Shown piece after piece: positions 13,911 through 27,240 of a DNA stretch of 64,000 bases. Source of the stretch: Geosiphon pyriformis uo1 (taxonomy: Eukaryota > Fungi > Glomeromycota); contig JAAOMT010000276.1 of assembly GCA_016748015.1 (NCBI GenBank), positions 639,036 to 703,035 of the forward strand, in the 5' to 3' direction. Under the pieces are notes generated by a model, which did no database searches, was not told the DNA's origin, and saw only the letters and a program-made list of their open reading frames with translations. Positions within the stretch are counted from its first letter, which is position 1. The number at the start of each line of letters is the position of its first letter. A program made the translations under genes and the position numbers.

Positions 13911-14464
13911 TATTACGAATTAACTAATAAATTAACAGTTAATAAGTAAACAATTGTGAGATTTTATAATTTTTCAACATAGTAAATAAAAAAACTTGTC
14001 TTAAATTAATTATTTAGAGTTAAAAAAGACTTGTTTTTGTGAATGGAATTTTTATTTTAAGTATAAAAAATAGTACTATACTAAATATTAATTATAAAAT
14101 ATATTTTTTAAAAGAAAAAATCTCTTTTTTTATACAAGTTTTTATCATATCATTTTATGTTCTTAAACTTTTTGTTCTTTTTAAAATATTTACTAATTTT
14201 TATAAATAAATATAAATAAATATAAATTTTAATAAATTATTTATTATTTCAAAAAACTTAAATCAATTTCAAATTTTAACTTAAATAACTTAAAATTGCT
14301 TTTGTATTCAAAATTCAGAATTTTATATATTCTAATTATGATATTTTGTTATATTTATAAATTAAAAATAATTGTTTGTGATAATTTAATATAAGAATTA
14401 AAACGTTATACTAATAATAATTTCAATATTCGTGAAATTAGAATTTATAAAATGATTTGTAATA
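13911..14464. mobile_element. Degenerate LTR (about 554 bp)
   Basis: Inverted termini tattacgaat (13911-13920) and atttgtaata (14455-14464), a 9/10 match, consistent with TGTTACGAAT...ATTCGTAACA. PPT-like aaaaaaaatgag immediately outside on the minus strand. Confidence 0.5.
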
Positions 14465-14707
14465 CTCATTTTTTTAATTTATGTTATTTATTCTTTCCAA
14501 ATAACTTTTTTTTAACATTATTAATAATTTTGTTTTTACTTTTTAATTGTTTTTACTTTTTAATTGTTTTTAACAGTAATTATAACTTAAATTCCAGTTA
14601 ATAATAATGTTTATGGATTTAAAAGTTATAAATTAATTGTTATTAGTTATAAAAATATATATAAATTAAAAAATAATTGTTGTTTTTAAAGTAAAAAAAC
14701 TAACCAA

Positions 14708-14810
14708 TAACAAATAATAACATATAATAACATAAAATAATGCAAAATAACATATAATAATATAAAATAATACATAATAATTAATAATAACATAAAATAA
14801 TATAAAATAA
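14708..14810. repeat. Degenerate 10-bp tandem repeat (cataaaataa/catataataa)
   Basis: About 10 imperfect units seen directly. Confidence 0.7.
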
Positions 14811-15705
14811 AATTAAATATTTCTTATTTTATTTTAACAATTCATAAATTAAATTTTTTTTATAAGTATTTTTGCAAATTATCTTTTTAATATTAAATAT
14901 ATTTAACATAATTGTATTTTTAATAACTTAAACTAATTATTTTTAATTATAATAATTAACAGAATATTAATTCTTAATTTTTTATTTACAAGATATAAAA
15001 TAATATTTAATAATTAATTTGTACATAATACATAACTTAAAAAATAATACAATAATCTGCTTAGTTATTTGTTGTAATAATACTAATTTAAAAAATCTAT
15101 AAAAATTAGTTATAAATAAATATATTATTTTTAAAACAAAAGTATTTTTAATTAATATAAATAATTATTTTCTTAATTAAAACATTCAAAATACTTTTTA
15201 TATTTTTCATATATATTAAACCAAAAATTATTCAAATATTACTTTAATTATTAGAAAACAAATTATTATAATTAATAATAGTAAAATACATACTATTATT
15301 AAACCAAAAAAAATTATTATTAAAAAAAATTAGTAATAAAATATATAAATACATACTTAATCATACTATTACTTTTTAATAAATTTAAAAAAACAATTAA
15401 AACTTTATAGTCAACTTAATAAAATTATAAATTTTTGAAGAAAATAACTTTAAAAATACAAGTAAAAATTTTGAATATTATATAATTAAATATTTTAAAA
15501 GATTTAATTATTGCTAAAAAAACCAAAATTTTTAAACAAAAACTTAATTTTTTAAATACAAAACTTATTTTATTTTAAATAATATATATTTTATTAACAA
15601 AAAACTTTATTAAATTAGTTAGTTTTTACTTAGATAAAACTTTTTATTAGAATATTCTATAAATAATTTAATTTTATCAAAGTTTAATTTCTTTAAAAAA
15701 AATAA

Positions 15706-15961
15706 TATTATAGTTGAAAATCATAATTTTTATTAATTATTATATATATTAGTTATTATTATTATATAATTTTGTTTTTCTTTATTATTTATTAACTTAT
15801 TACTTTAACTTATAATAATATTATAAATTATATAATATGGTTTTTATAATTACAAAACAAAATTAGATAATAAAGTTAAATTATAGTTAAAATACAGATT
15901 CGAAAACTTTATATATTTATTTTTAATTTAAATTTTAATTATATAAATTCTAAAATTGTAA
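15706..15961 (+). mobile_element. Probable decayed 3' LTR of an LTR element inserted into LINE-0
   Basis: PPT-like aaaaaaaataa precedes tattatagtt, and the segment ends aattgtaa. LINE endonuclease sequence resumes immediately afterwards at IIMN. Confidence 0.35.
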
Positions 15962-17413
15962 TTATTATGAATATTAATTTGATTTAACATGTTTTTAAGA
16001 TTGCTAAAACTTTCAAACATTTTTTATCAATTAAATTGGTGTTTAAAAACAGTTTTTTGGTTATAATTTTGGATTTATATACAGATATTTCTATAGAAGT
16101 ATATATAAATTAGACTATATTAATTAATTTTTTTATTGTTAAAACAGTAAACAAAAATTTTTAATAATTTTAAATAATAATTTTAATAAAAATAATATCA
16201 AACAATTAACTAATTTTAAAAAATATTTAAATTATAATTTGTTTAATAATTTGTTTAAGTTTTTTTTAATTAAGTTAATTACATAAAGCAACTTATAAAA
16301 AGTTAAAAAAATTATCAATTATGTTTTTGTTTTTGTTTTATTAATTAGTATTTTAATTAGTCATAAAATCTTATGTAAAAAAATTTTTTTGATATTAATA
16401 ACAAAGTTATTTTTATATTTATAAATTTAAATAATTTTTTTAATATTTAATTAATATTACTAAAAAAACAAAACAATAAAGATAAATAAAAATACAATTA
16501 TAAAAATACAAATGTTAATAAATAATTTTACTTTAGAAAATATGTTATTACCAAAATTAAAAGTCTTATTAAAATTAGTTTTTGAATTTTTTTATGTTAA
16601 AAATTTAAACTTAATATGATTATTTTTGCAAAAAGTTATTTGTAATTTTGTTAATATGGTTTTTAAAAAAATTTGATTTTGCAGTTTTGGTAATTTTAAA
16701 ACCAAAAAGTTGTTTTGTTTATATAATTTAAAACTTTTAATGTTTAAAATTGCTAAAATTATTTATTTAGATAATTAGTACAAATTTTTTATATTTTTAA
16801 ACTGTTGATATTGTTTTAATATAGTTATAACTACTAATATTAGAATTTTAGTTGATAATAATATTGAGTTTAAATCAATTTTCTTAAAAATTGCCAAGAC
16901 TAAAGAGTATTATAAAATATTAAAACTTTATGTTTTTTAATCTATTCTTAAATTTAATATAATATTAAAATAAAAAACTTTGTTATTAATAAAAGTTATA
17001 TAATTTATAATATATTAAAATATTTTTTTAAAAAAAAATTTTAAATTATCTAGTTGTAAATAACTTTTTAATTTTAAAATTATGTAAAATTAAAAGCCAA
17101 ATAAACAAAATAATAGAAAATTAGACAAAAAAAACTGTTATTAATTCAATTTTAAATGCATAAATTTATTAATATAAAACTTTAATTTATATTAATAATA
17201 TTGTTGTTATTAAAATAATAAATAAAATTAATTATAACAAGTTTTTTAATATAATTAAGAATTTACTAAATAACAAAATAAGTAGTTTTTCAAATATTTT
17301 TAATAAAATATAAAAGCATTATAATAAGTTGGTAACAAGATTGCTTTTAATTTTGTTAAATATATATTTAATATGTAACTTAGTTCTTAATTTTTAAATA
17401 AAAATATAGATAT
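15962..17413 (+). pseudogene. LINE-0: oldest LINE relic (endonuclease to RT N-terminus)
   Basis: Plus translation aligns with ORF2 of the younger LINEs after reversing transitions: IIMNINLI*HVFK (IIMNTSLARHVSK); FKNSFLVIILDLYT (FKNKLSVSILGLYA); NFVINKSYIIYNILKYFFKK..LNYLVVNN (SFESDKGHTIRSVLERPFRKVVLDHLVV); NKI*KHY (NELWKHC). Cut at the EAWV motif by the Gypsy LTR. Confidence 0.75.
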
Positions 17414-18175
17414 TATTATAAATAAATTTCTTGGGTAGATTAATAGATTTATAACTTAGTATTTAAGTTAATAATTATTATAATTTGAAGGTTTTTTGAA
17501 AGTATTAGTTAGAAAGTTTTTTGTATAATAAACAAAGCTTTACTGTAATTATAATTAATAGTTGGTATCTGATTTTTTTGACATATTAACTGGTTTATTT
17601 TGGTGTTTGTATCTTTTTAATAAGTAATTTTAGTTTTTATAACTATGTTTATGTTTTTTCTTAGTGTTTTTTATTAATATTATAATTTTAGTACTTTTTT
17701 TTAATCAATTAATAAAACAAAAAAAACAAATAAAAAAGAAAGAAAGAAATAAAATAGAAATTAATAGTTATAATTAAAAACAATTGTTTTAAAATTGTTA
17801 AATTAATGTAATTAATATTAATAGTATTAATATAAATAATATTGTAATTTTAACAAAATAAGTTTGAATTTATGAATTAATTAAATTAATAATAAAAAAT
17901 TAAATTAATCTTACAAAAACTTGTCTGGTTTTAAAGTATTTGTTTTTTTGGCTTTTAATATTTTTGTTTTATATACATAAATTTTTATAATATAAAATTC
18001 TTAAAATTTTTAAAATTTTTTTGAGTTATTGCTAAAATTCTTAAAATTTCTATTAATATTCTTAAAATTTCTATTAATATTCTTATAATTTTTAATATTA
18101 CATGTTTTAATAATCTTTTATTTTGCTAATAACTATTTTATACTATTATTTTTTTTATTTTATATATAAGTAATA
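17414..18175 (-). repeat. 3' LTR of the Gypsy element
   Basis: On minus it follows the decayed PPT aaaaaaaaagataa. Termini tattat.../...gtaata are consistent with TGTTAC...GTAACA. The left end coincides with the break in LINE-0. Confidence 0.55.
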
Positions 18176-19323
18176 TTATCTTTTTTTTTAATATTAAGCT
18201 TTAATAAAATCTTTTAAGTTTTTTTTAAATAAGTTTAAGTTTTTTTTTATTATAGCTTTAAAAACTTTTTTTGGTTTTTTAAATTGTAAATTGGTTATTT
18301 TTTTCAATTGGTTTGCTATTAAATTTTTATAATTAGATATAATAGTATTTTATTATATTTATAAAAAATTATATATAATTAATAGATTATTTTTAAGTAA
18401 ATTATTAAATTATTTTTTTCAATAATTTATTTTATTTATTGTATTGTTTTTTTATTAAATTTTTTTTTGAGTTTGTATACAAAGTCTGAATATTTAACTG
18501 TTGTTCTAAATAATAATAACAATATATAATTAAAAACTGTTTTTTTTAACTTTTTTGGTTTTTTTGTTAATTCTTTTGGTTAAACAATTGTTAAATTTCT
18601 GAAAGTTTTTTTTTACTTTTTTAACAATTTTTTCTACATAGTTATCTACTTGTTTTTGAAATTTTTTATATAAAGTTTTTTTATTTGTTTTTTTTCTAAG
18701 TGTTTTTATAATAAGTTTTTTAACTATTAATTGTTATTTTTATGTTTAAGTTTTTGGTTTTTAATAATTTAAATAGTTATTGAGTTATTAAATAAATGTT
18801 ATCTGTAATTTTTATTTTGTTGTTTTGTTTTTAACATATTTTGGTTGTATTTATAATAGATTTTTAGTTTTATAATATATTAGTTTCAATAATAATAATT
18901 AATTTTAAATTTTGTGAAATTTAATTTGATTTAATTGGTATTTTTTGTGCTTTTAATTGTGATGTGTTAAATATTATTAATATTTTGCTATAATATAGTT
19001 TTAATTAATTATTATTTACTGTTTTAGTTAAAATTTTGTTTTTTAGCTATAATTTATATGTTTTATATGCTTTATTTTTAAGCATTTTTTTAATGTAAAA
19101 TAATTTATTTTATTTTAGATTAAATTTTTTACTTTATTGTTTTTTTACTTTTGTATAATATAAAATTACTTTGTTTTTAATCTTAAATTTAGCTAATTTG
19201 TTTAATAACTAACTATTATGTTTTTTTTGTGATTTTTTAATATAGTTAACTGCTTTTTTCTTTTATTTTTTAAAGTTCTCATTAAATTATATGTCTGTTT
19301 TAACAGTATTTTTTAGAATATGG

Positions 19324-22300
19324 TTTTTTTTTTTTTTTTATTGGTTTACAAGTGAGGTCCAAATGCTACCTAACACAATACATCATACAAATGATTTAAA
19401 CTAGGCACAAATTATGTATTTTCTACACATGACCAGTCACTCAGACTGATCAAGACACTACTACACAGCTATGTAAACTGAAACATCATTGCCAATACCA
19501 GAAAAAAATGAACATGACCTATAGAAATCAAAGTGAACACCAAAAGCATTAGCAATCCCAAGCAACCTAACAACACCAGCAGACAGCTCTGATAACAAAC
19601 CAGAAATTAAAGCAGGTATTGAACCATCAGATGGAATCAACCTATTCTTTTCCATAAGGGCTTGATGTCTAGCGCGGACCGACCATATGCTATCCTTAAA
19701 GCTGAGACTGAAAGCACACACAAATTCTACAATCCTCTAACCCATGAGTTTGGGATCATGAAAGGCAGACACAGCTTCCCAGAACCAATCGTCAAAAACA
19801 TAATCTTTAAAAAGGGCTGTGAATACAGAGACATCAAAAGTGCAAGACAACAGAAGCTGAGACACACAGAAATCAGCTTCCAGGAAGCTGCATGGGTTTT
19901 CAACAACTGACAGCCAGTAGAGAGATCAATTACACAAAAAAAAACATGATTAGAAAATTCAACATTACTGCAGAACAAACATAATACACTAGGGTAACAT
20001 CTAGAGTAAAGTCACTTTTGCACAGTAACAAGCAATCAATGATGTAAGGCCTTCATAAAATACATATGCAAGCCAACAGATGGTTTGCTCATGAAGTCTG
20101 TAGCCATATGCAAATCAGGATGCCATACCAAAGAGGACCTCAACCAATCAACATCCAATATCAAATCACCTGCCAGAAATTTGGAGCCAAAACCAACTTC
20201 TCAATGCGCATGATAAACTAATCTAAAAATATCCCAAACAAAATGTCTAGAATTATCAGAAACAAGCTCATTACCAGCTAAAAGGCAATGGCCTTTCAAA
20301 CAGGAAGGAAGGTGCCAATCAGAATTAGAAGCAACAGTAGCAAAGGTATTTGCACAATTATTCCCCACAACACCCAAGTAATCTTTCACTTTAATTCAAT
20401 CCACCCTCAAATTTTTACAATGAATAATGTCCACAATATGCTAATGCTTAACCCAACACCAAATGCAAAAATCCGGAGAAGTTAGACACAGCTCTGATTT
20501 GCATGCATCCAAAACAGTCTGACTATCAGAGTATAAGCAAACTGAGCTAAGAGGAGGAACACATTCCAATGCTAGAGCTATGATCTGTAGCTTCACCAAA
20601 GTGAAAGACAACAAGCCAGTAACTTTTATGTCCAAACCCAAACCAATGTCGTTAAAAAAAACAGCAGTACCAGCTTTCTTCTATATGGTGCCCAAATCTT
20701 TTAGAGAACCATCTGTATAGACAGACAGACTACCAGTACTAACACAAGACAACTGATTACAAACCAACTTAAATTCCTGAGACTTTAGAATATTCAAAAG
20801 CTTTCCAACACCCCAAGAAGAGATGGACCAGGAGGAAAAGAAGCCATATTACTAAGAAAAGTAACAGAAAGACCAAACCATTCAGGAACTGGACCATGAG
20901 GATCCAACTTCTTCTAATGCTTAAAGATTTTCTAATTAAAAACGGCACCATGGGGATCATGAAGCTGATCCACAAAGACAACATCATACCAATGTAAAAA
21001 GGGGAGACACGCACAGAACTTAGCTTTCCCAAGAACTATTGATATAGGGACCTCACCCCAATGACAAAATAGACCACCCAAAGATCCATTCAGAGAAAGA
21101 TTATTTTTTGCCAAAATACAGACTATACCAGCTAAAAAATTATTTAAAGAACTAACATAAACATGTATTGAAGAACTCAGAAGGTGAATAAGACGCCAAC
21201 ACAAAACTTGTAAGTCATGAGACCTATGAGAGAACATATGATCCAAAGTTCCACCAGAGTTCAGAAAACTCACAAGCGAGGCTACTTTGCCTTCAGATTG
21301 CACCTGTTCAAAAAACTTCAAACCATAAAAAGAAAGGTGGTGAATCAAATCATTTGGGAAGTCAAGAGGAAAACCAGACTTCAGCTTAAGGCCTTTTCAA
21401 ACCAAAGTATCCCATTTGTTGCATACATTGAAAGATACAAAGCTAAATTGAGTCTTATAGCTCACAATAGGCTGGAGAACAGCCGAAACTAAGTACAAAA
21501 ATTGTTTATCTGAAATGGTCTTTCTCAGCACAAGATTAGAGAAAAACCAAACATCTGATTGTGCTTTGGCCAAGCTAGGCTTTGAAAGACCCTCAGTTGA
21601 AAGAAAAATGCCCAGGTATCAATAAGATTCCTCTCTTTTCACAATAGCAATAGACAAACCATTGATAACCAAAGAAAGACTACCAACTCTGCAATTAATA
21701 GAGATGGCAACAGTTTTGTCTGTATTAATAGAAATGTTATTAACCTGAAAAAATTCACTGGCAATATTGAGAATATGCTGAGTAGCACTCTAATTGCTAC
21801 CAACCCAAATCATATCATCAACAAAAGCTCCAGTAGCAAAGAAGAAAAACAATCCAGCAATGGGTTCCAAACAACCATTTTTTGAGATGTAATGAGAATT
21901 CAATTTGTATCTACACATACTTTCCTGCCTTTTAATCTTGCAAAAAAAAGAATCATAGAATATGTGCCAGAAAAGTGGCGAGAAAACCTCTCTCTGATCT
22001 AAGTCATCATGAACATGATATCTATCAGTCAAGCTGAAGTCAGTCAATATCCTGTTGATGCGGTTGCAATAAATACTACCAAAAAAATGTATAAATTTGC
22101 TACATATTTTAATCTTAATCAAATTTTTCCTAAGATACTCCCAGCCAACAGAATCATATGTCTTTTGCATGTCCTGTAAAACTAGCCAAAGTTTGCAGTT
22201 TTTCTCCAGAGCATCCTCTATTACTGAGCCAACTGCAAAAATAGGTAATTGTATAGAAATACCCTTTAAAACAGAAAAGTTGTTACCATGAAGAACATTG

Positions 22301-25300
22301 AATCTGCTACATGCCAGAAAAATCTTATCAGACAGGATCTTGGAGAGAATCTTACAGGCCATTTCAATTAGAGCAATAGAATGGGTGTTTGTGAGAACTC
22401 TCTCCCATTTGTATGGTTTAGAAATCATCGAAACCCAAGCCTCTTTCCAAAAACTAGGCACAGATTCAGTAATTAAACAAGTGTTCAAAAGCTTTAAAAG
22501 CATACCTATGATGGATTTGTTACAGTGCTTCCAAAATTTGTTGGGAATACTGGAAAGACCAGCAGCTTTACCATCAGGCAAATCAAAAACCACACCAAAT
22601 AATTCATCAAAATCAACCGGCCACATTACATCTGAAAAAACATCATCAAAGACATACTCCAAAGACTGGTATTGACAAGACCATTTACTAGAGATATCAA
22701 AAACCATCTTGTATCTTCTAGTCCACTCCTCCATAATCATATCCACCTTAGCCTTAACCAATTTAGACTCCAGAATCAACTTGTCACCAACAACCAAATG
22801 GTTTAATTCCACCTTATGGAATGGACGTTCTAAAACACTTCTAATAGTGTGACCTTTATCAGAAGCAAAGCTCTTTATACACTTATCAATGACAGACCTA
22901 ATACTTGACTCCTGAGCCCTCAAAGATTTGGTGAGTTTGGAGGCATAATAAGATTTTCACACACCAAAAAGAGCAGATCTAACACAATCAAAATTTGTGC
23001 CAAAGTCCAAAAGAATCTATACTGCCAAGGCTTTGTCAAAGTCCAAAGAAGTCCAATGATTCATTAAAGATGTAAACCTCACAGAGTCCTGTTTACAAGA
23101 TGCTTTGATTATTCTTGAAACCAAAATTTCCAATCTGTGAAACCTAGAAGAGCTCTTGGTGAAGATGCTATCAAAGCCTTTGAACCATTTTTTTTAAATG
23201 AATCATTAGCCAAAAAAACCATCACTTTACAAACAACATCTTACATAGAATCTAGATCAGAAGAAACCACAGAAGAAGCAAACTCTTCAGAAAACATAGT
23301 AGCATTCGCTGTCATCAACACTTTGAACTCACACTACTTAACATTGTCAACACCTTTAATATCATACTTCCAACAATCCCTATTCACTTGCTTGCAAATA
23401 GAATTCAGATGCATATCCAAAAGTCCACTTAAGCCCATATGTACTGAAACAGCTTTATGATCAGAGTTAAAGTGATCACCAATATCGGCTACACTATGAT
23501 CAACTACTGCACTAACCAAGTTGTGAGAAATGAATATGTAATCAATAGTCTTAGAAACACCTCAAGAGTTAGCCCATGTTAGCATTTTAGCAAACAAGCT
23601 TTCACCCAAAGAATTAACCAAGCTGAGGTCTGAGTATTTCTTGAAACTGGCACTCTTACATGAACCATCCTTATTGAAATTACCACTTAGCACAATGAAG
23701 GAGGATTTGTTTACAGCCCTGGCAATTAGCAAATTGATGTCACCAGCCTGAGAAAACTGAACATCCAAAGAAGCACCAGCATACAGTCCCAAAATTGTAA
23801 TAGAAAGTTTGTTATTAAAAAGTAATCTAATAGAGAGAAGCTGTCCAGGCACCTCAGAAACCTTACAAACGTGCTTTGCCAGAAAGTTGTTCATGACAAT
23901 TGCCACACCAGAACCCAAGTGACCAGAATTCAGACCAAAAGTAAAAACACAAACGCCATCAAATTTATTGGTGATCCAAGGACGCACTCTACCTTTTAAC
24001 TTTGTTTCAGTGAAAATTGAAATCAAATTGTTCATATCTTTGTGCCAACAAATAACGTCATCCTGCTTGGCAGGATTGTTTATCCCCCTAACATTGCAAG
24101 TGGGGTTATTGAAATGGAAGGAAAGCAAAAGAACCTGCATCAGAACACAGACAATTCAACCTTTCCAAAACTGAACCAATTGAAACCTCAAAAGCTACCA
24201 TTTTCAATTCCAATTCACCCACTTTGGAAGTCAAAACCTTGGAAAAACATGAACTAAAATCATGGACAATATTATCAACAGCTGAGAGAGGAGAAATGGG
24301 AGCCAATGTCATATTATCCAAAGCCATGTCTACATCTAAACGCAGTACCAAAAGAGTGAGAGTGGCTGAAGGAGGAACACTAAAAAGAGTCGCCATTGAT
24401 ACCAGTTCTATGCTGCTTAACTTTTTCAATATACTGGACACCTGATCTGTCAAGAGCTCCAAGGAGCATTTCAAAGTGTTCAGACAAGCATTCAAAGAAG
24501 AGTTGTTAGCTGAGATGAGAGGAGAATCATTGATTGAATCTGAGGCACCAAAAGGGGGAGACTAGAACTGGAACCATAATTGAAACGAAGACTACCAGAA
24601 GAACCAACAAGTGAGACCACTTAAGCCCAAGATTTGCCACCAAAGACAGTAGACCGAGATATCAGAACACCCTTTTTTTCATACAGCTTTGCCAATTAAA
24701 GACAGTGTCCATTAGATGCAGTTCTTTTAAATGATTTTGAAAGCTTAGATGGAAACACAATATTTGCATCACATTCCAGAGCAGAATGACCAAACTTTCT
24801 GCATTTTTTACACCAAACCAGATCCATCCTTGCCCAAAAAAGTTTAATGCTGCCAAGAATTGGCTCTGTGCGAAAAGCAGATTCCAAATCATTGTCAGAT
24901 TCAAAACCGACTACAGCACAACAAATCCTATTACCAGTTTTCAGAGATCTGTTTATAATGCAAGTTTTCTCACCAGCCTTATCCAGAAGAGTCCCAAGAT
25001 CATGTGCTGTTGTTCTTACCAGCAAAGTAAATAAAAGTGCTCTGAACCAATCTCTTGATGCCCAAGTCTCACGATCTCCCACTGCTTTGGCTACACACAC
25101 AGAGTCTTTACCAATCAAGAATGACCACTTAGAAGCTAACAAATTAGCTTGGCTTAAATTAGCAAACTTTACCACAGCTTTTTGCCACATTCCAATCAAT
25201 TGAATTTTGATCAACTTAATTTTCCCAAATTCAGAAACTGCGGTAATAATCATATTTTTAGGCATATCCATGGGAATTTTTTTGATTACCACAGCCCAAT

Positions 25301-26118
25301 CTGACCTCATTTTTTGTCTTTTAAGATCACTGTTTACAATGATCTTTTTTTCCCTGGCCAATGATGCAGTCATTTCCATGCTTTTTTCTGAAGTGAAGGT
25401 AGATCAGATGATCCCTTCAAATTTTGAGGAAGTAGTGGCTCCCCCAAAACCATTAACTGATAAAAAAATTTTTCTGATGTATTGAGTCTTTGCTGTTACA
25501 GATTTCTCTTCAATAGCACTAAAATTGATGTTAAGAGCAAAAGACTTTCTGACAGAAACTTCAATTTAAGATTTGACAATTTTTGGGTCAACTCATTTTT
25601 TTTCAAGAGAGATTTTAAGAGAGGGAGGGAGGGGCACATCATTTTCATCCATTCCATAATCAATTGAGCCAAAAAAAGAGCCACAAACTAGATTGGAAGT
25701 TGCTTTTCTAGCTTTAAGAGTGTTTGTCACTGAGCCAAAGAAAGAACCATTGCCAGCACCAAAAGAAATATTATCATCTCCACTATTACCAAATATACTG
25801 TCCATGTCCGAATACACACCATGACTAGGATTAGGTTTGACCAAAGAAATATCTTTTTTATCTCCAGAATGCTTAACATTACCAACAGAAATCCTTTTCT
25901 TTTGAGAGAAAAAACTTCCAACAGGACCATAAAAAACCTCTATGGGTGCCTTTTTTTTAGACATAGTACTACCTGAAACAGCAGCCAGGTTTACCACAAA
26001 AGGATTATTTAATTGAGAAATGTTTGCAAAAGACAGTAAAAAATAAAAAAAAAAAAAAACTTCTTTTTCAAAAAATGCTTTTTGGGGTTTTTTGGAAGTA
26101 AGAAAGAAAGAAGTTTTT
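19324..26118 (-). mobile_element. LINE-1: full-length degenerate non-LTR retrotransposon (about 6.8 kb) inserted in the Gypsy integrase
   Basis: Poly(A) at 19324-19339; 5' end aaaaacttctttc at 26118; TSD-like atatg(g/t)tttttt at 19318 and 26119. ORF1 about 25997-24106 (RRM-like, CKKCRKFGHSALEC knuckle). ORF2 about 24110-19461 with APE endonuclease (TCNVRG, TETKL, GNFN, SDH), RT (QDMQKTYDSV, LDQREVFSP, FVDD), RNase H (VYTDGS) and C-terminal Cys motif. Many stops. Confidence 0.93.
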
Positions 26119-27240
26119 ATATGTTTTTTGTTATTAGTTTTATTGGATATATTGTTATTTTTTTTCTATTAATAATATTGCTATTTTATTATTTACTAAT
26201 TTAAATAGTATTTTGTTTTGTTTTTTAATATATAAATAATATTAATAATATAAACAAATTTTATTTTTCTTGATTTTTTTGATTAATCTTAATTAATATT
26301 TTATATAATATTTTATTAAACTTTTTGATTAAGTTATTTGTTTATAAATGATATAATAATAATAATAATAATCTTTTTATTCTATATTTTTAACTTAATT
26401 TTGTTAATTTTTTGTTTACAAAATAGGTTTTTTGATTTAATAGTAGTTTTTTTAAATATTTATATTAATATATTAAGTCTTAATACATAAACTTTACTAT
26501 TAATTTAGCATTACTTTTTTATATAATCCTAGTTTTTGGCTATTTAATAAAATAATTCATAATAATAGCAATATATTTGTTGTCTTTAATTGTTATTGCT
26601 AATAATCTAATTAAGTCAATTTTAATTTAATCAAATAATTGTCTTATTTTAATTGGTTTTAATAGTTTACTTGGGTTTATTTTTTATTTTTTTTTGGCAT
26701 ATGTTACAATTTTATATATATTATTAATTAAAAATATAATTTTTTAGTTTTTTTTAGTATTAATTTCTAATTAAAAAATTCTGCTGTTAAATTTAAATAT
26801 ATATTAAATAATATTGTTTTTTTTGTTTTTTTACTACTTTTATTAAATTATTTGAATTTTGTTGATTTTCTTAATAAAATATATTTTGGTAATTAAAATA
26901 ATATTTGGCTTGTTAATATATTCTATTTTGTTTATTTTGAGATAATTTTTTTTAAACTGTTTAGTAATAATTTAATATAATAATTATTAATAATTTTTAT
27001 TGTTTATTTTGTTGTTTTATTGTTTTTAGCTAGACTTAAGTTTTAACTAGTATATAATATATTGTAAAAAAAATTGAACAAAAATAAATAATTATTGTGT
27101 TTTATTTAATATATCAAAAATATAAATTATATATTATTAAAAAGCTAAAAAGCACATAATTTTATTAAAAAAAATTTAATATAATATTTTTTCATTTTTA
27201 TTACAATTATTATCTTACAATAATATTTTATTAATCTTAT

